From the NCBI GenBank assembly GCA_026770705.1, contig JANJGN010000052.1, positions 1,550,001 through 1,614,000 of the forward strand: 64,000 nucleotides of DNA, read 5' to 3'. Numbering within the stretch: the first letter of the stretch is position 1; the number at the start of each line of letters is the position of its first letter. Shown piece by piece: positions 12,846 to 23,635 of this stretch. Position numbers and translations under genes: made by a program. Under the pieces are notes generated by a model. The model had not been told where the DNA came from, ran no database searches, and saw only the letters and a program-made list of their open reading frames with translations. Source of the DNA: Isurus oxyrinchus (lineage: Eukaryota).

Positions 12846-13237
12846 TAATAGAAACTTACCTGTCAGAAGCCAGTTTATGTTGATGTGAGTCTGAGTCGAT
12901 GACTGAACCCAGTCGGTAACTTGTTCCATACAAAGCAAGAACGTTCATGCCCTTCAATGTTCCTGGATAAACCATTAACAAAGCTGGTGACAGACAGTCT
13001 CCACATGGTAAACACTGACCGATCAACACATGACATGGCTGTTAACCCCTAAACCTCAGCGTAAATCAGTTCCCCCTCGAGGCCCCTTGTCCGAAATAAA
13101 AGCAACGCACACAATTTGTAAAATAGTAAGTGTCTGGCAGGAAGGAGGAGCAATGAGAGGAGTAAGGGGTTAGGGGGCATGCAGTTCACCTGATTTGCCG
13201 ACATAAGAACCAGCCCCTCTGTTTTTGCTATGTTGTG

Positions 13238-13450
13238 TTGCGTCAATATGAACACATATTTGCACAAGGTGAAGGGCGTTGCGGAGGGACTGATAGTTCT
13301 CGGCGCCAGACAGTCAATGTCCCAGTGACCTTACTGCTGGTCCCAGGCCAGTGGGACAGGGAACATCGACACTGCAATATCCAGAAATGGGTGTGATACC
13401 ACACAGCTACCCACCCGCGGCTGTCCCCTTCAAGTGTTTCAGGTATAAGA
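13238..13450 (+). promoter_or_regulatory. Putative hepcidin proximal promoter: C/EBP-like sites (13238-13247, 13260-13267), GGCGCC BMP-RE plus AGAC SBE (13302-13311), TATA (13444-13450)
   Basis: TTGCGTCAAT, TTGCACAA, GGCGCCAGAC and TATAAGA lie 70-285 bp upstream of the ATG; the same motif classes regulate mammalian HAMP. Confidence 0.65.
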
Positions 13451-13520
13451 GCAGGAAGCTCCTCTAGTTACAAACCAAAGCATCAAAGCAGAGCCAGAAG
13501 ATCAGAAGAGACAGGCAGAG

Positions 13521-13612
13521 ATGGGAAGCTCCCAGATGAAATGGCGACTTGTCTTGTTCACTCTGACTTTGCTGCTCTCCCTGCAGCTGAGTCACTTCTT
13601 CTCCTTGTCGAG
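13521..13612 (+). CDS. HAMP: Hepcidin-like exon 1 (signal peptide MGSSQMKWRLVLFTLTLLLSLQLSHFFS...), apparently one base short of phase 0
   Basis: ATG 77 bp after the TATA start, basic-hydrophobic signal peptide, donor AG|gttaag at 13613; 92 nt where 93 would keep frame with exon 2. Confidence 0.7.
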
Positions 13613-13814
13613 GTTAAGCTAAGAGATGTCCCTCTGGGTGAGGTGTTTCTTGCACATGACTCTACGTCTACCACCCAGATAGACTGGTCTCTTCCGCAGT
13701 TTGATATTATTATGTTCGTGCCTTTAATATTGTCGCCCTCTATGAATTTAACATCATTTCCTTCTGTCGTTTCCCCTGAAATTCTCATTCTTGTTTTCAA
13801 TCCCTCCTCAGCCA

Positions 13815-15780
13815 CTCCCTATCTCTGTAACCTCCACCAGCCCGTACAACCCTCCCTATTTCTGTAAACTCCTCCAGCCCCTACACCCCTCCCTATCTCT
13901 GTAACCTCCACCAGGCCTTACAACCCTCCCTATCTCTGTAACCTCCTCCAGCCTCTACACCCCTCCCTATCTCTGTAACCTCCTCCAGCCCCTACAACCC
14001 GCCCTATCTCTGTAACTTCCTCCAGCCCGTACAACCCTCCCTATCTCTGTAACCTCCTCCAGCCCCTACAACACTCCCTATCTCTGTAACCTCCTCCAGC
14101 CCGTACAACCCTCCCTATCTCTGTAACCTCCTCCAGCCCCTACAACCCTCCCTATCTCTGTAACCTCCTCCAGCCCCTACAACCCTCCCTATCTCTGTAA
14201 CATCCTCCAGCCCCTACAACAATCCCTATCTCTGTAACATCCTACAGTCTCTACAACCCTCCCTATCTCTGTAACCTCCTCCAGTCCCTATAACCCTCCC
14301 TATCTCTGTAACCTCCTCCAGACCCGACAACCCTCCCTATCTATGTAACCTCCTACAGTCCCCACAACACTCCCTATCTCTGTAACCTCCCCCAGGCACC
14401 ACAACCCTCACGATCACTGTAACCTCCTCCAGACCCTACAACCCTCCCTATCTCTGTAACCTGCTCCAGACCCTACAAACCTCCCTATCTCTGTAACCTG
14501 CTCCAGACCCTACAACCCTCCCTATCTCTGTAACCTCCTCCAGCCCCTACAACCCTCCCTATCTCTGTAACATCCTCCAGCCCCTGCAACAATCCCTATC
14601 TCTGTAACATCCTACAGTCTCTACAACCCTCCCTATCTCTGTAACCTCCTCCAGTCCCTATAACCCTCCCTATCTCTGTAACCTCCTCCAGACCCGACAA
14701 CCCTCCCTATCTATGTAACCTCCTACAGTCCCCACAACACTCCCTATCTCTGTAACCTCCCCCAGGCCCCACAACACTCACGATCACTGTAACCTCCTCC
14801 AGACCCTACAACCCTCCCTATCTCTGTAACCTGCTCCAGACCCTACAACCCTCCCTATCTCTGTAACCTGCTCCAGACCCTACAACCCTCCCTATCTCTG
14901 TAACCTGCTCCAGACCCTACAACCCTCCCTATCTCTGTAAAATCCTCCAGGCCCCACAACCCTCACAATCACTGTAACCTCCTCCAGCCCCTACAATCCT
15001 CCTGAACTCTATAACCTCCTCTCCACACTATAACTCTCCCTATCTCTGTAACCTACTGTGGCCCCTACAGCAGTGTCTATTTTGGTAACCTCCTCCAGCC
15101 TCTACAACCCTCCCTACATCTGTAACCTCCTCCAGCCCCCACAACCACCCCATCTCTGTAACCTCCTACAGACCCTACACACCTCCCTACCTCTGTAACC
15201 TCCTCCAGCCCCCACAACTCCCCCATCTCTGTAACCTCCTACAGCCTCTACAACCCTCCCTATCTCTGTAACCTCCTACAGCCCTTACAACCCTCCCTAT
15301 CTCTGTAACCTCCTCCAGCCCCTACAACCCTCCCTATCTCTGTAACCTCCTCCAGCCCCTACACCCCTCCCTATCTCTGTAACCTCCTCCAGCCTCTACA
15401 GTCCTCCCTATCTCTGTAACCTCCTCCAGCCCCTACAACCCTCCCTATCTCTGTAACCTCCTACAGCCTCTACAGCCCTCCCTATTTCTGTAACCTCCTC
15501 CAGCCCCTACAACCCTCCCTATCTCTGTAACCTCCTCCAGCCCCTACACCCCTCCCTATCTCTGTAACCTCCTCCAGCCTCTACAGTCCTCCCTATTTCT
15601 GTAACCTCCTCCAGCCCCTACAACCCTCCCTATCTCTGTAACCTCCTACAGCCTCTACAACCCTCCCTATCTCTGTAACTTCCTACAGCCCTTACAACCC
15701 TCCCTTTCTCTGTAACCTCCTACAGCCTCTACAGCCCTCCCTATCTCTGTAACCTCCTCCAGCCCCCACAACCCTACCTA
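13815..15780. repeat. 37-bp minisatellite (ccctccctatctctgtaacctcctccagcccctacaa), ~50 copies, in hepcidin intron 1
   Basis: Direct tandem copies visible. Confidence 0.97.
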
Positions 15781-15789
15781 AATCACTGG

Positions 15790-16430
15790 TCTGAGTCTCA
15801 CTCCAGGGAATTCAGTCCCATAATGTAGATCAACGCTCCGTGCTGAGGGAGTGCTGCACTCTCAGAGGGTCAGTAGTGTGGAGGTGTTGCACTATTGGAG
15901 GGACAGTACTGAGGGAGTGCTATACTGTCGGAGGTCAGTACTGAGGGAAATCTGCTGTGTCGAAGGGTTAGTACTGAAATAGAGCTGCACTGTCGGAGGG
16001 TCAGTACTGAGGGAGCGCTGCACTGACGGAGGGACAATACTGTGGGAGTGCAGCACTATCGAAGGGTTAGTACTGAGGGAGTGCTGCAGTGTCAAAGGGT
16101 TAGTACTGAGGGAGCACAACAATGTTGAATGAGACATTAAACTGAGTCCCCCGTCTGCCCTCTCGGGCGGGTGTGAAAGATCCCACAGCCACTATTTGGA
16201 GGAAGAGCAGGGGGTGTGCTCCCCGGTGTCCTGGGACCAATATTTATCCCTCAACCAACATCACCAAAAACAGATGATCTAGGCCATGATCACATTGCTA
16301 TTTGTGGGATCTTGCTGTGCACAAATCAGCTGCCACATTTCCTACAGTGTGAGTGCACTTCAAAAACATCCTTCAGTGGCTGTGAAATGCTTTGGGATGT
16401 GGTGAAAGGCGTTAGAGAAATGCAAGTCTG
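15790..16430 (+). mobile_element. DeuSINE/SacSINE1-like SINE with an internally amplified 33-bp unit
   Basis: cagtactgagggagtgctgcactgtcggagggt repeats, then gagacattaaactgag...gaaagatcccacagcc...gaaatgcaagtct tail. Confidence 0.8.
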
Positions 16431-16528
16431 TCCTCCTCCCCCTCTCTCTCCTGTACCTCTCTCTCTCTCTCTCCCTCTCCCTCAATCCTCCTCTCACTTT
16501 CTCCCTGATAAATTCTTTCTTTTTGCAG

Positions 16529-16585
16529 GTTGACACTGCTTTAGGTTCTTCGACGATTGAGAAATCTGTGGATTCCCCGGACACG
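16529..16585 (+). CDS. HAMP: Hepcidin-like exon 2 (propeptide VDTALGSSTIEKSVDSPDT, phase 0-0)
   Basis: Strong acceptor ttctttctttttgcag|, donor ACG|gtaggt; 57 nt; acidic/Ser-rich linker of typical hepcidin exon-2 size. Confidence 0.75.
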
Positions 16586-18124
16586 GTAGGTGGAAATTCA
16601 TTCCTTATTTTAAGGTTTCTCCCTGCTCGTTTCTTCCACAGAAAGTTTTCTGATTTCAAGCTGATTTCAGTGGCAGTCTGTCTCGGTTATACTCAGGAGG
16701 CATGTTTGAAATCGAGCCCCCCCAACTTTTTTGCAAAGCTGGGAAGAGACAATTCCAAGGAAGTGAACATATCCCCACAGGAATTTTAAATGTAACCCAC
16801 GCCGGGAATAGTGAGAGGGAGACTGATCCAGCCTGGGAGTGGGTTAAAGAGAGGCTGGGAGTCGAGAGTCGGAGAGAGGGATGGAATGGGGGAGGGAGGG
16901 ATTGGAAGAGAGAGACAGAGAGTGGGACGGGGAGGGGTGAAAGGGAAAGAACACAGGTGGGAGAGAGTGACAGAGGGAGAAATTAAAGAAGAGATGCAGA
17001 GTGAGGGAAAGTGAAAAGGGAAGAGAGATTGTCCAAGAGAGAGAAATTAACAGGAAAGGGAGAGTTACAGAGTGAGCGAAAGTTACAAAAATAGTGTGAG
17101 AGAGAGGGAGAGATACAGAGTGGGAGAATGAGACAGGGAGAGAGAGGGAGAGAGACAGGAAAAGGGAGAGAGGAGAGAAAGATTGGGAGAGAGGGCAATT
17201 GAGCGGAAGAGTAGGAGAGAGAGAGACAGGGAGAGGAGGAGTGGAAGAGAGGAAGAGAGAGAGAGATATGGAGCAGGAGAACACCTCCTCTGGTCCCGAT
17301 GTTCCTCCAAAATCTCTGAAATTACTGCATCTCCCGGGTCCCCCTGATTCCCATCGCTCCACCATTGGTGGCCGTGCCTTCAGCTGCCTGGGTCCCTGAG
17401 CTCCGGAATACCCTCCCTTAACGTCTCTGCCTCTCTCTCTCTCTCTCTCTCTCTCTCCTTTAAGACACTCCTTAAAAACTGACATCTTTGACCAAGCTTT
17501 TGGTCACCTATCCCTAATATCTCCATATGTGACTCAGTGTTAGACTTCTCTCTGATTTACGCTCCGGTAATGTGGGCTGGGACATTTTGCAATGTCAGAG
17601 GCGCTGTGTAAATGCAAGTTGTGAGTGTTATGTGGAAGGGAGACCCCAGGCGGCAGTCAGTGCCAGAGACTGGAGTCATTGTGTGCAGACCATATCTAAT
17701 CTCTCCGAATGCACAATCGGTTTGACTGTCAGCCAAAGCACTTTTGATATTTGATCCTTCTAACTGTTTATAACCAGGCCTACATCAAACACCGAGAGGC
17801 TGGTGAATCAACAGACACCTTAGAGGATCGAGTGAAAGACAAAGAGGACTTGCATTTCTCTAGCGCCTTCCAACACATCAGGACGTCCCAAAGTGTTTCG
17901 CAGACAATCAAGTGCTTTTTTTCTTTCATGTGAGGTCACTGATGTACTGTGGGAAAAGAATCAGCCATTGGCGCACAGTAAGATCCCACAGACAGCAGCA
18001 TGATAATGACCAGCGCGCTCCCAGTACTTGCACTGCAAGTGTCAGTTCAGGATGTGTGCTCGATTCTCTGCAACTCTCAGCTCTGAGTTAAAAGGACCAC
18101 CAGGCATAATTGAGAAATTACCGA

Positions 18125-18805
18125 GCTGTCGGAGGGTCAGTACCGGCGGGGGGGCAGGACAGTCGGAGGGTCAGTACTGAGGGGGTGCTGCATTGTCAGA
18201 CGGTCAGTCTTGGAGTGCTGCACTGTCAGAGGGTCAGTACCGGCGGGGGACTGCACAGTCGGAGGGTCAGTACTGAGGGGGTGCTGCATTGTCAGACGGC
18301 CAGTACTGAGGGAGTGCTGCACTGTTGGAGGGTCAGTACTGAGGGGGTGCTGCATTGTCAGACGGTCAGTACTGAGGGAGTGCTGCACAGTCGGAGGGTT
18401 AGTACTGAGTGGGTGCTGCACTGTTGAAGGCGCTGTCTTTCAGATGAGACATTAAACTGGGGCAACCAATCTGCCCTCTCAGATGGATGTAGAGGATTCC
18501 ATGGCCACAATTTAAATGAAGTGCGTCAGGAGTTGGGGGGTATGTGTGGAGGGGGTGGTGGGGGGTGGATGGGATGCAGTTATGTCCACTTTCCTGGGGC
18601 AAACATTTATCCCTCAACTGACATTGGTAAAAAACTGAAAATCGGGGCCATTATCACATTTCTGTTTGTGGGATCTTGCTGTGCGTGAATTGCCTGCTGC
18701 GTTTCCTACATTACAGCGGTGAGCTCACTTCAGAAAAAGTCCTTCCTTCAGCTGTGGAACACTTTGGGCCATCCTGAGGAGGGGAAAGGCGCTATAGAAA
18801 TGCGC
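18125..18805 (+). mobile_element. DeuSINE/SacSINE1-like SINE with 33-bp tandem array
   Basis: Same structure as 15790-16430. Confidence 0.8.
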
Positions 18806-18892
18806 CATCCTCCTTCCAATGACGCGCCTGATTGAAATGATGCCTTCTTTCTTTCCGGAATGTTCTCACCTATTGTCCTCCTGCTTTTCCAG

Positions 18893-19009
18893 GGCTCCTT
18901 GCTGCAGCGCCAGAACAGAATGAGCAGACAGCAGCTCTGCAGATTCTGCTGTAACTGCTGTAATTGGAGAGAACCAAATGAGACTTGTGGTCTCTGCTGT
19001 AGATATTAG
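18893..19009 (+). CDS. HAMP: Hepcidin-like exon 3: GSLLQRQNR-MSRQQLCRFCCNCCNWREPNETCGLCCRY*
   Basis: Acceptor ctgcttttccag|; R-x-x-R convertase site; eight Cys in the hepcidin pattern C-x2-CC-x-CC-xn-C-x2-CC; TAG at 19007-19009. Confidence 0.93.
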   Translation, partial: GSLLQRQNRMSRQQLCRFCCNCCNWREPNETCGLCCRY

Positions 19010-19314
19010 ACCCTGGCCTCATTCACGCAAGGTCATCCTGCACCATGCCACAGCCTCTCCCCTCCTTATCTACTGCTTAGCAATCTATTTCACACAGGCC
19101 CTGTTCATTAATTCAAGCTGAAACTTTACCTGCGTTTTACAGCAGGGAAAGAAGCCATTTGGCCCATCTGTTCCATGCTGGAGTTTCTGCTCCACACGAG
19201 TCTCCGCCCACCCCTTCTCCATCTCACCCCATCACCATATCCTTCTATTCATTTCTCCCTCGTGTGTTTATCCAGCTTCCCCTTAAATACATCGACACTA
19301 TTCACCTCACGTGA

Positions 19315-19456
19315 CTGTGTTTGTGTCTGTCTTTATGAGCGTGTGTGTGTGACTGTCAATATGTGTGTGTCAATGTGAATGTGTGTGATTGTGTCAGTGT
19401 GTGTGTGTGTATGTGTGACTGTCAGTGCGTGTCAATGTGAATGTGTGTGATTGTGT

Positions 19457-19502
<46 letters not shown>

Positions 19503-19590
19503 CTGTGTCAGTGTGTGTCAATGTGAATGAGTGAGTGTGTCAGTGTGTCTGTGTGGGTGTGGGTGTGTGAGTGTGCAAGTGAATGTGTGA
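19315..19590. repeat. (TG)n-rich microsatellite
   Basis: Long TG runs. Confidence 0.9.
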
Positions 19591-19786
19591 GGAATCTTAT
19601 GACTAAGTCATTTGAATGGATGTTACTGGGGTTAATGATAGTTAAAATTCAGAGAGATGTAAAGCGGGCTCCTGATTTTGCTGCTTTATGCTCCCGGGCA
19701 CAGATTCACCCCGACAATGTGTTCATGATTCACCATCATCTTGTCGGGACTTTAATTGTAAAGATTATGATTTGTGAAAAAAAATG

Positions 19787-19792
19787 AATAAA
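19787..19792 (+). other. Candidate polyadenylation signal for the hepcidin-like gene
   Basis: First AATAAA I found downstream of the stop codon; use unproven. Confidence 0.35.
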
Positions 19793-21419
19793 CAACTTCT
19801 GTCTTCACAAAGTGTCTGGCTTGGTATTTCAGGCTACTTGTCTCTCCCTCACCCTCCCCCCCCACCATGCCCCCCACACCAGGGAACAATTGTCCCCCCT
19901 TCCTCTGAAGTTCTGGGTAAAGATCAGCTTTGTTCAATGCAAGCTGTTCCGACATCGAGAACGTTGTTACAAATATCTCACAAAGGGCACACGCCATGAT
20001 AGCCCACTTTCAACAGATTTTACCAGTTGACCAGGTTGAAAACCTTTTCATAAACCACAACGTAGGTGTTCAATTCTTGCTGCTGTTTGCTTAATGTTCT
20101 CATAACTGCTATAACCTCTCTAGTTCCACTACATAACAACACCAACATAAATAAACAGAAGCAGGAGTAGGCCTTTTGGCCTCCCAAGCCAGCTTGTCCA
20201 TTCAATTTGAACCTGGCTCCTGCTGAAAGTTATTTAAGTTGAAGCGATAAAGCCATCAGGTGCAGGGATTAAAATGTAAGCAAAGGAAAAATAATACTTA
20301 GACATGAGATTTAAAATCAGTTTCTGTGAAGAATCATACTGAGGCCATTGCACTGGATTCCTTCTTTCCAGAGTGAAGGGTTTAAAACTAGGAGTCACAT
20401 TCAGCAGCTGCGTTGTCTTCTCTAGTTGACTATTTGGAGGTTGCCTGTAGATGTGAATCAGCAGGTCAGCAGCTTTGAGGAGTGAGTGAAGGTCCCTTTT
20501 ATTTACAGGATCTGCCACAGGGTGTGCAGGAATATTCCTGCTGAATTCTCTATCCTTGCATTCATGAAGGATTTGAAACTGGAAGTCATATTCAGCAGCT
20601 GCAATGGCCTCTGTAGCCAACTGTCTGGAGGTTGCCTGTACAGGTGGACTCAGCAGGTCAACAGCTTTGTAGGGCGGGGGGGTGCATGGGTAGTAAAGGT
20701 CCCGTTACTTTAAAGGCTCTGCCAGTGCAACACTTGATGATCCTGGGTCAAAATCATGTAACTCCCTCCCCAACAGCACTGTGGATGTGCCCTATGGAGG
20801 TTCCTTGGCTTCAACAAGCAGCCTACCAGCTCTACTCTCAATTCCTCTTCACACTTGCTTCCTTCCTCCTCTGGTCTTTACTTTGTTATAGTGTTAGTGT
20901 CCGCTCTGCCTTTTTTGTTGCTTTCCCAATTCTTCCCACCAACTCTCTCTGGCTTGATCCTTCTCTGTGCTCATCTCATTGGTTTGGGTTTCTATCCGTT
21001 CATTGACCTGGTGTAATCTGAAACTGGTGCAATCAGGTAGGGGTGGGGGGGTTGGCGCTGGCCGTGGGTGGTGATACACGGCTACCTTTTTACCAAAATT
21101 CTTTCACGGGATGTGGACAGCGTTTGTTACCTGTTCCTGACTGACCCCTTGAGAAGGGGGTGCTGAGCTGCCTTTTCGAAGTGCTGCAGTTCACCTGGTT
21201 TGACTGGTCTGTGGCGGGTTTTGATATAACTCAGTGGCTTGCTCGGCCATTTCAGGGGCCAGTTAAGAGTCAACCACATTGCTGTGGGTCAGGAGTCACA
21301 CGTAGGCCAGAATGGGTAAGGACGGCAGGTTTCCTTCCCCAAAGGGCATTAGTGACCCAGATGGGTTTTTGCAACAATTGGCCTTAGTTTCATGGTCACC
21401 ATTACTGAGACTAGCTTCG

Positions 21420-23635
21420 CATTCCAGATGTCACATCCAGTCATGGACAATTAAACAACTCACTGGAGGAGGAGGCTCCACAAATATCCCCATCCTCAAT
21501 GATGGAGGAGCCCAGCACATCGGTGCAAAAGACAAGACTGAAGCATGCGCAACAATCTTCAGCCAGAAGTGCTGAGTGGGTGATCCATCTCGGCCTCCTC
21601 CGGAGATCCCCAGCATCAGAGATGCCAATCTTTAGCCAATTCGATTAATTCCACGTGACATCAAGAAAGGGCTGAAGGCACTGGATATTGCAAAGGCTCC
21701 AGGCCCTGACAATATTCTGGCAATAGTACTGAAGACTTGTGCTCCAGAACTTGCTGCGCCCCTAGCCAAGCTTTTCTGGAATTTTCTAGTACAGCTGCAA
21801 CACTGGCAACTACCCGGCTATGGGGTACGTCCTGTACACAAAAAGCAGGACAAATCCAACCCAGCCAATTCCCCAGCAGTCTATTCTTGATCATTACTAA
21901 AGTGATGGAAGGGGTCATCAACAGCGCTTGCAAGCAGCACCTGCTTACCAAGAACCTGCTCACTGACGCTCAGTTTGTGTTCCACCAGGATCATTCAGCT
22001 CCTGGCCTCATTACAGCCTTGGTTCAAACATGCACAAATGAGCTGAACTCCAGAGGTGAGAGTGACTGCCCTTGACATCAAGGCAGCATTTGACTGAGTG
22101 TGGCAAATCAAGGAGCCCGAGCAAAACTGGAGTCAATGGGAATCGGGGGAAAACTCTCCGCTGCTTGGAGTCATACCCAGCACAAAGGAAAATGGTTGTG
22201 ATTATTGGGGGTCAATCATCTCAGTTCCAGGACATCACTGCAGGAGTTACTCAGAGTAGTGTCCTAGGCTCAAACATCTTCAACTGCTTCATCAATGACC
22301 TTCCTTCCATCATAAGGTCAGAAGTGGGGATGTTTGCTGATGTTTGCACAATGTTCAGCACCATTCACGGCTCCTCAGATACTGAAGCAAGTTATGTCCA
22401 AATGCAGCAAGACCTGGACAACATCCAGGCTTGGGCTGACAGGTGACAAGTAACATTCATGCCACACAAGTACCAAGCAATGACCAACTCCAACAAGAGA
22501 GAATCTCATTGAAGGTGCAGAAAATTTGGATTTATGTTCAAGAGCCAGCCAGGACCAACAGCTAGGGCGCCAAAGCGTACACATCCTTACGTGAAAACTT
22601 AAAAACCTGTACTAAGGGCTCCGTTGGAAATTTGCAATGAGGAAATGGGAGACACACACACAAGGACACTGGGTGACTCAATCAAGAAATGGGGAAGGTT
22701 ATTTCACACCGTCCGATGGCCTTGAACCACATCCAGTCAGCCCCCGGAAACCTTTTGTAGCGAACAAACATAGATTCTTTGCTGTCTCAAAAGGACAATA
22801 GCCAGTCTCTGCCCTGTAATTACTGTACAAGAACACAATTATCAGCCCACCGGGGGGTCATTGTGCTGTGGCCTTTGTCTAACTAATACCATTACGTTGT
22901 AACTGAGAGTAAAAATATATAAACTGTGCTCATTTGAACCTCGGTGGAGAAGCGCCTGGACTGCCCAGCGTTTGCTCCCCACATGCCTAATAAAGGAACC
23001 ACTTGAATATTGCATCTGGAGTCCGAGTGTTGAAATTTTGTACCAGAATATTCCACAGACCATTCATAACCATCGCCCCTTGGCATTCAATGGCATTACC
23101 ATCAATGAATCCCCCAATATCAACATCCTGGGAGTTACCATTGAGCAGAAACTGAACTGGACCAGCCATATAAACACTGTGGCTGCAAGAGCAGGTCAGA
23201 GGCTGGGAACCCTGCAGACAGTAACTCACCTCCTGACTCCCCAAAGCCTGTCCACCATCTACAACGCACAAGTCAGGAGTGTGATGGAATACTCTCCACA
23301 TGCCTGGATGAGTGCAGCTCCAACAACACTCAAGAAGCTCGACACCATCCAGGACAAAGCAGCCCAATTGATTGGCTCCCCTTCCACAGAGCTAGATAGA
23401 TTCTTGATTAACAAGGGGGTGAAAGGTCATTGGGGGTAGGCAGGAATGTGAGGTTGAGGTGACAATCAGATCAGCCATGATCTTACTGAATGGCGGAGCA
23501 GGTTCGAGGGACTGAGTGACCTACTCCTGATCCTAACTCAGATATCCAGATGTTCTCAAAGGCAATTGGGGATGGGCAACAAATACTGGCCTAGTCAGCG
23601 ACACCAACATCCCTGAAATGAATAAGAAAAAAATG
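21420..23635 (+). mobile_element. Decayed non-LTR LINE (CR1-group RT) with nested insertions
   Basis: RT motifs GVTQSSVLGSNIFNCFINDL and GMFADV; C-terminal ILGVTIEQKLNWTSHI...QVRSVMEY; A-rich tail at ~23625. Confidence 0.85.
22510..23057 (+). mobile_element. Putative solo LTR inserted in the LINE
   Basis: Interrupts the LINE between gagaatct and aaccatc; TG...CA ends, TATATAAA ~22916, AATAAA ~22989; no clear target-site duplication. Confidence 0.4.

Noticed and set aside
13049-13090. Minus-strand GLEGELIYAEV*, resembling an ITIM terminal exon
   Set aside because: Weak acceptor, no partner exons (gene A ends at 25935), and it lies in the hepcidin upstream region.
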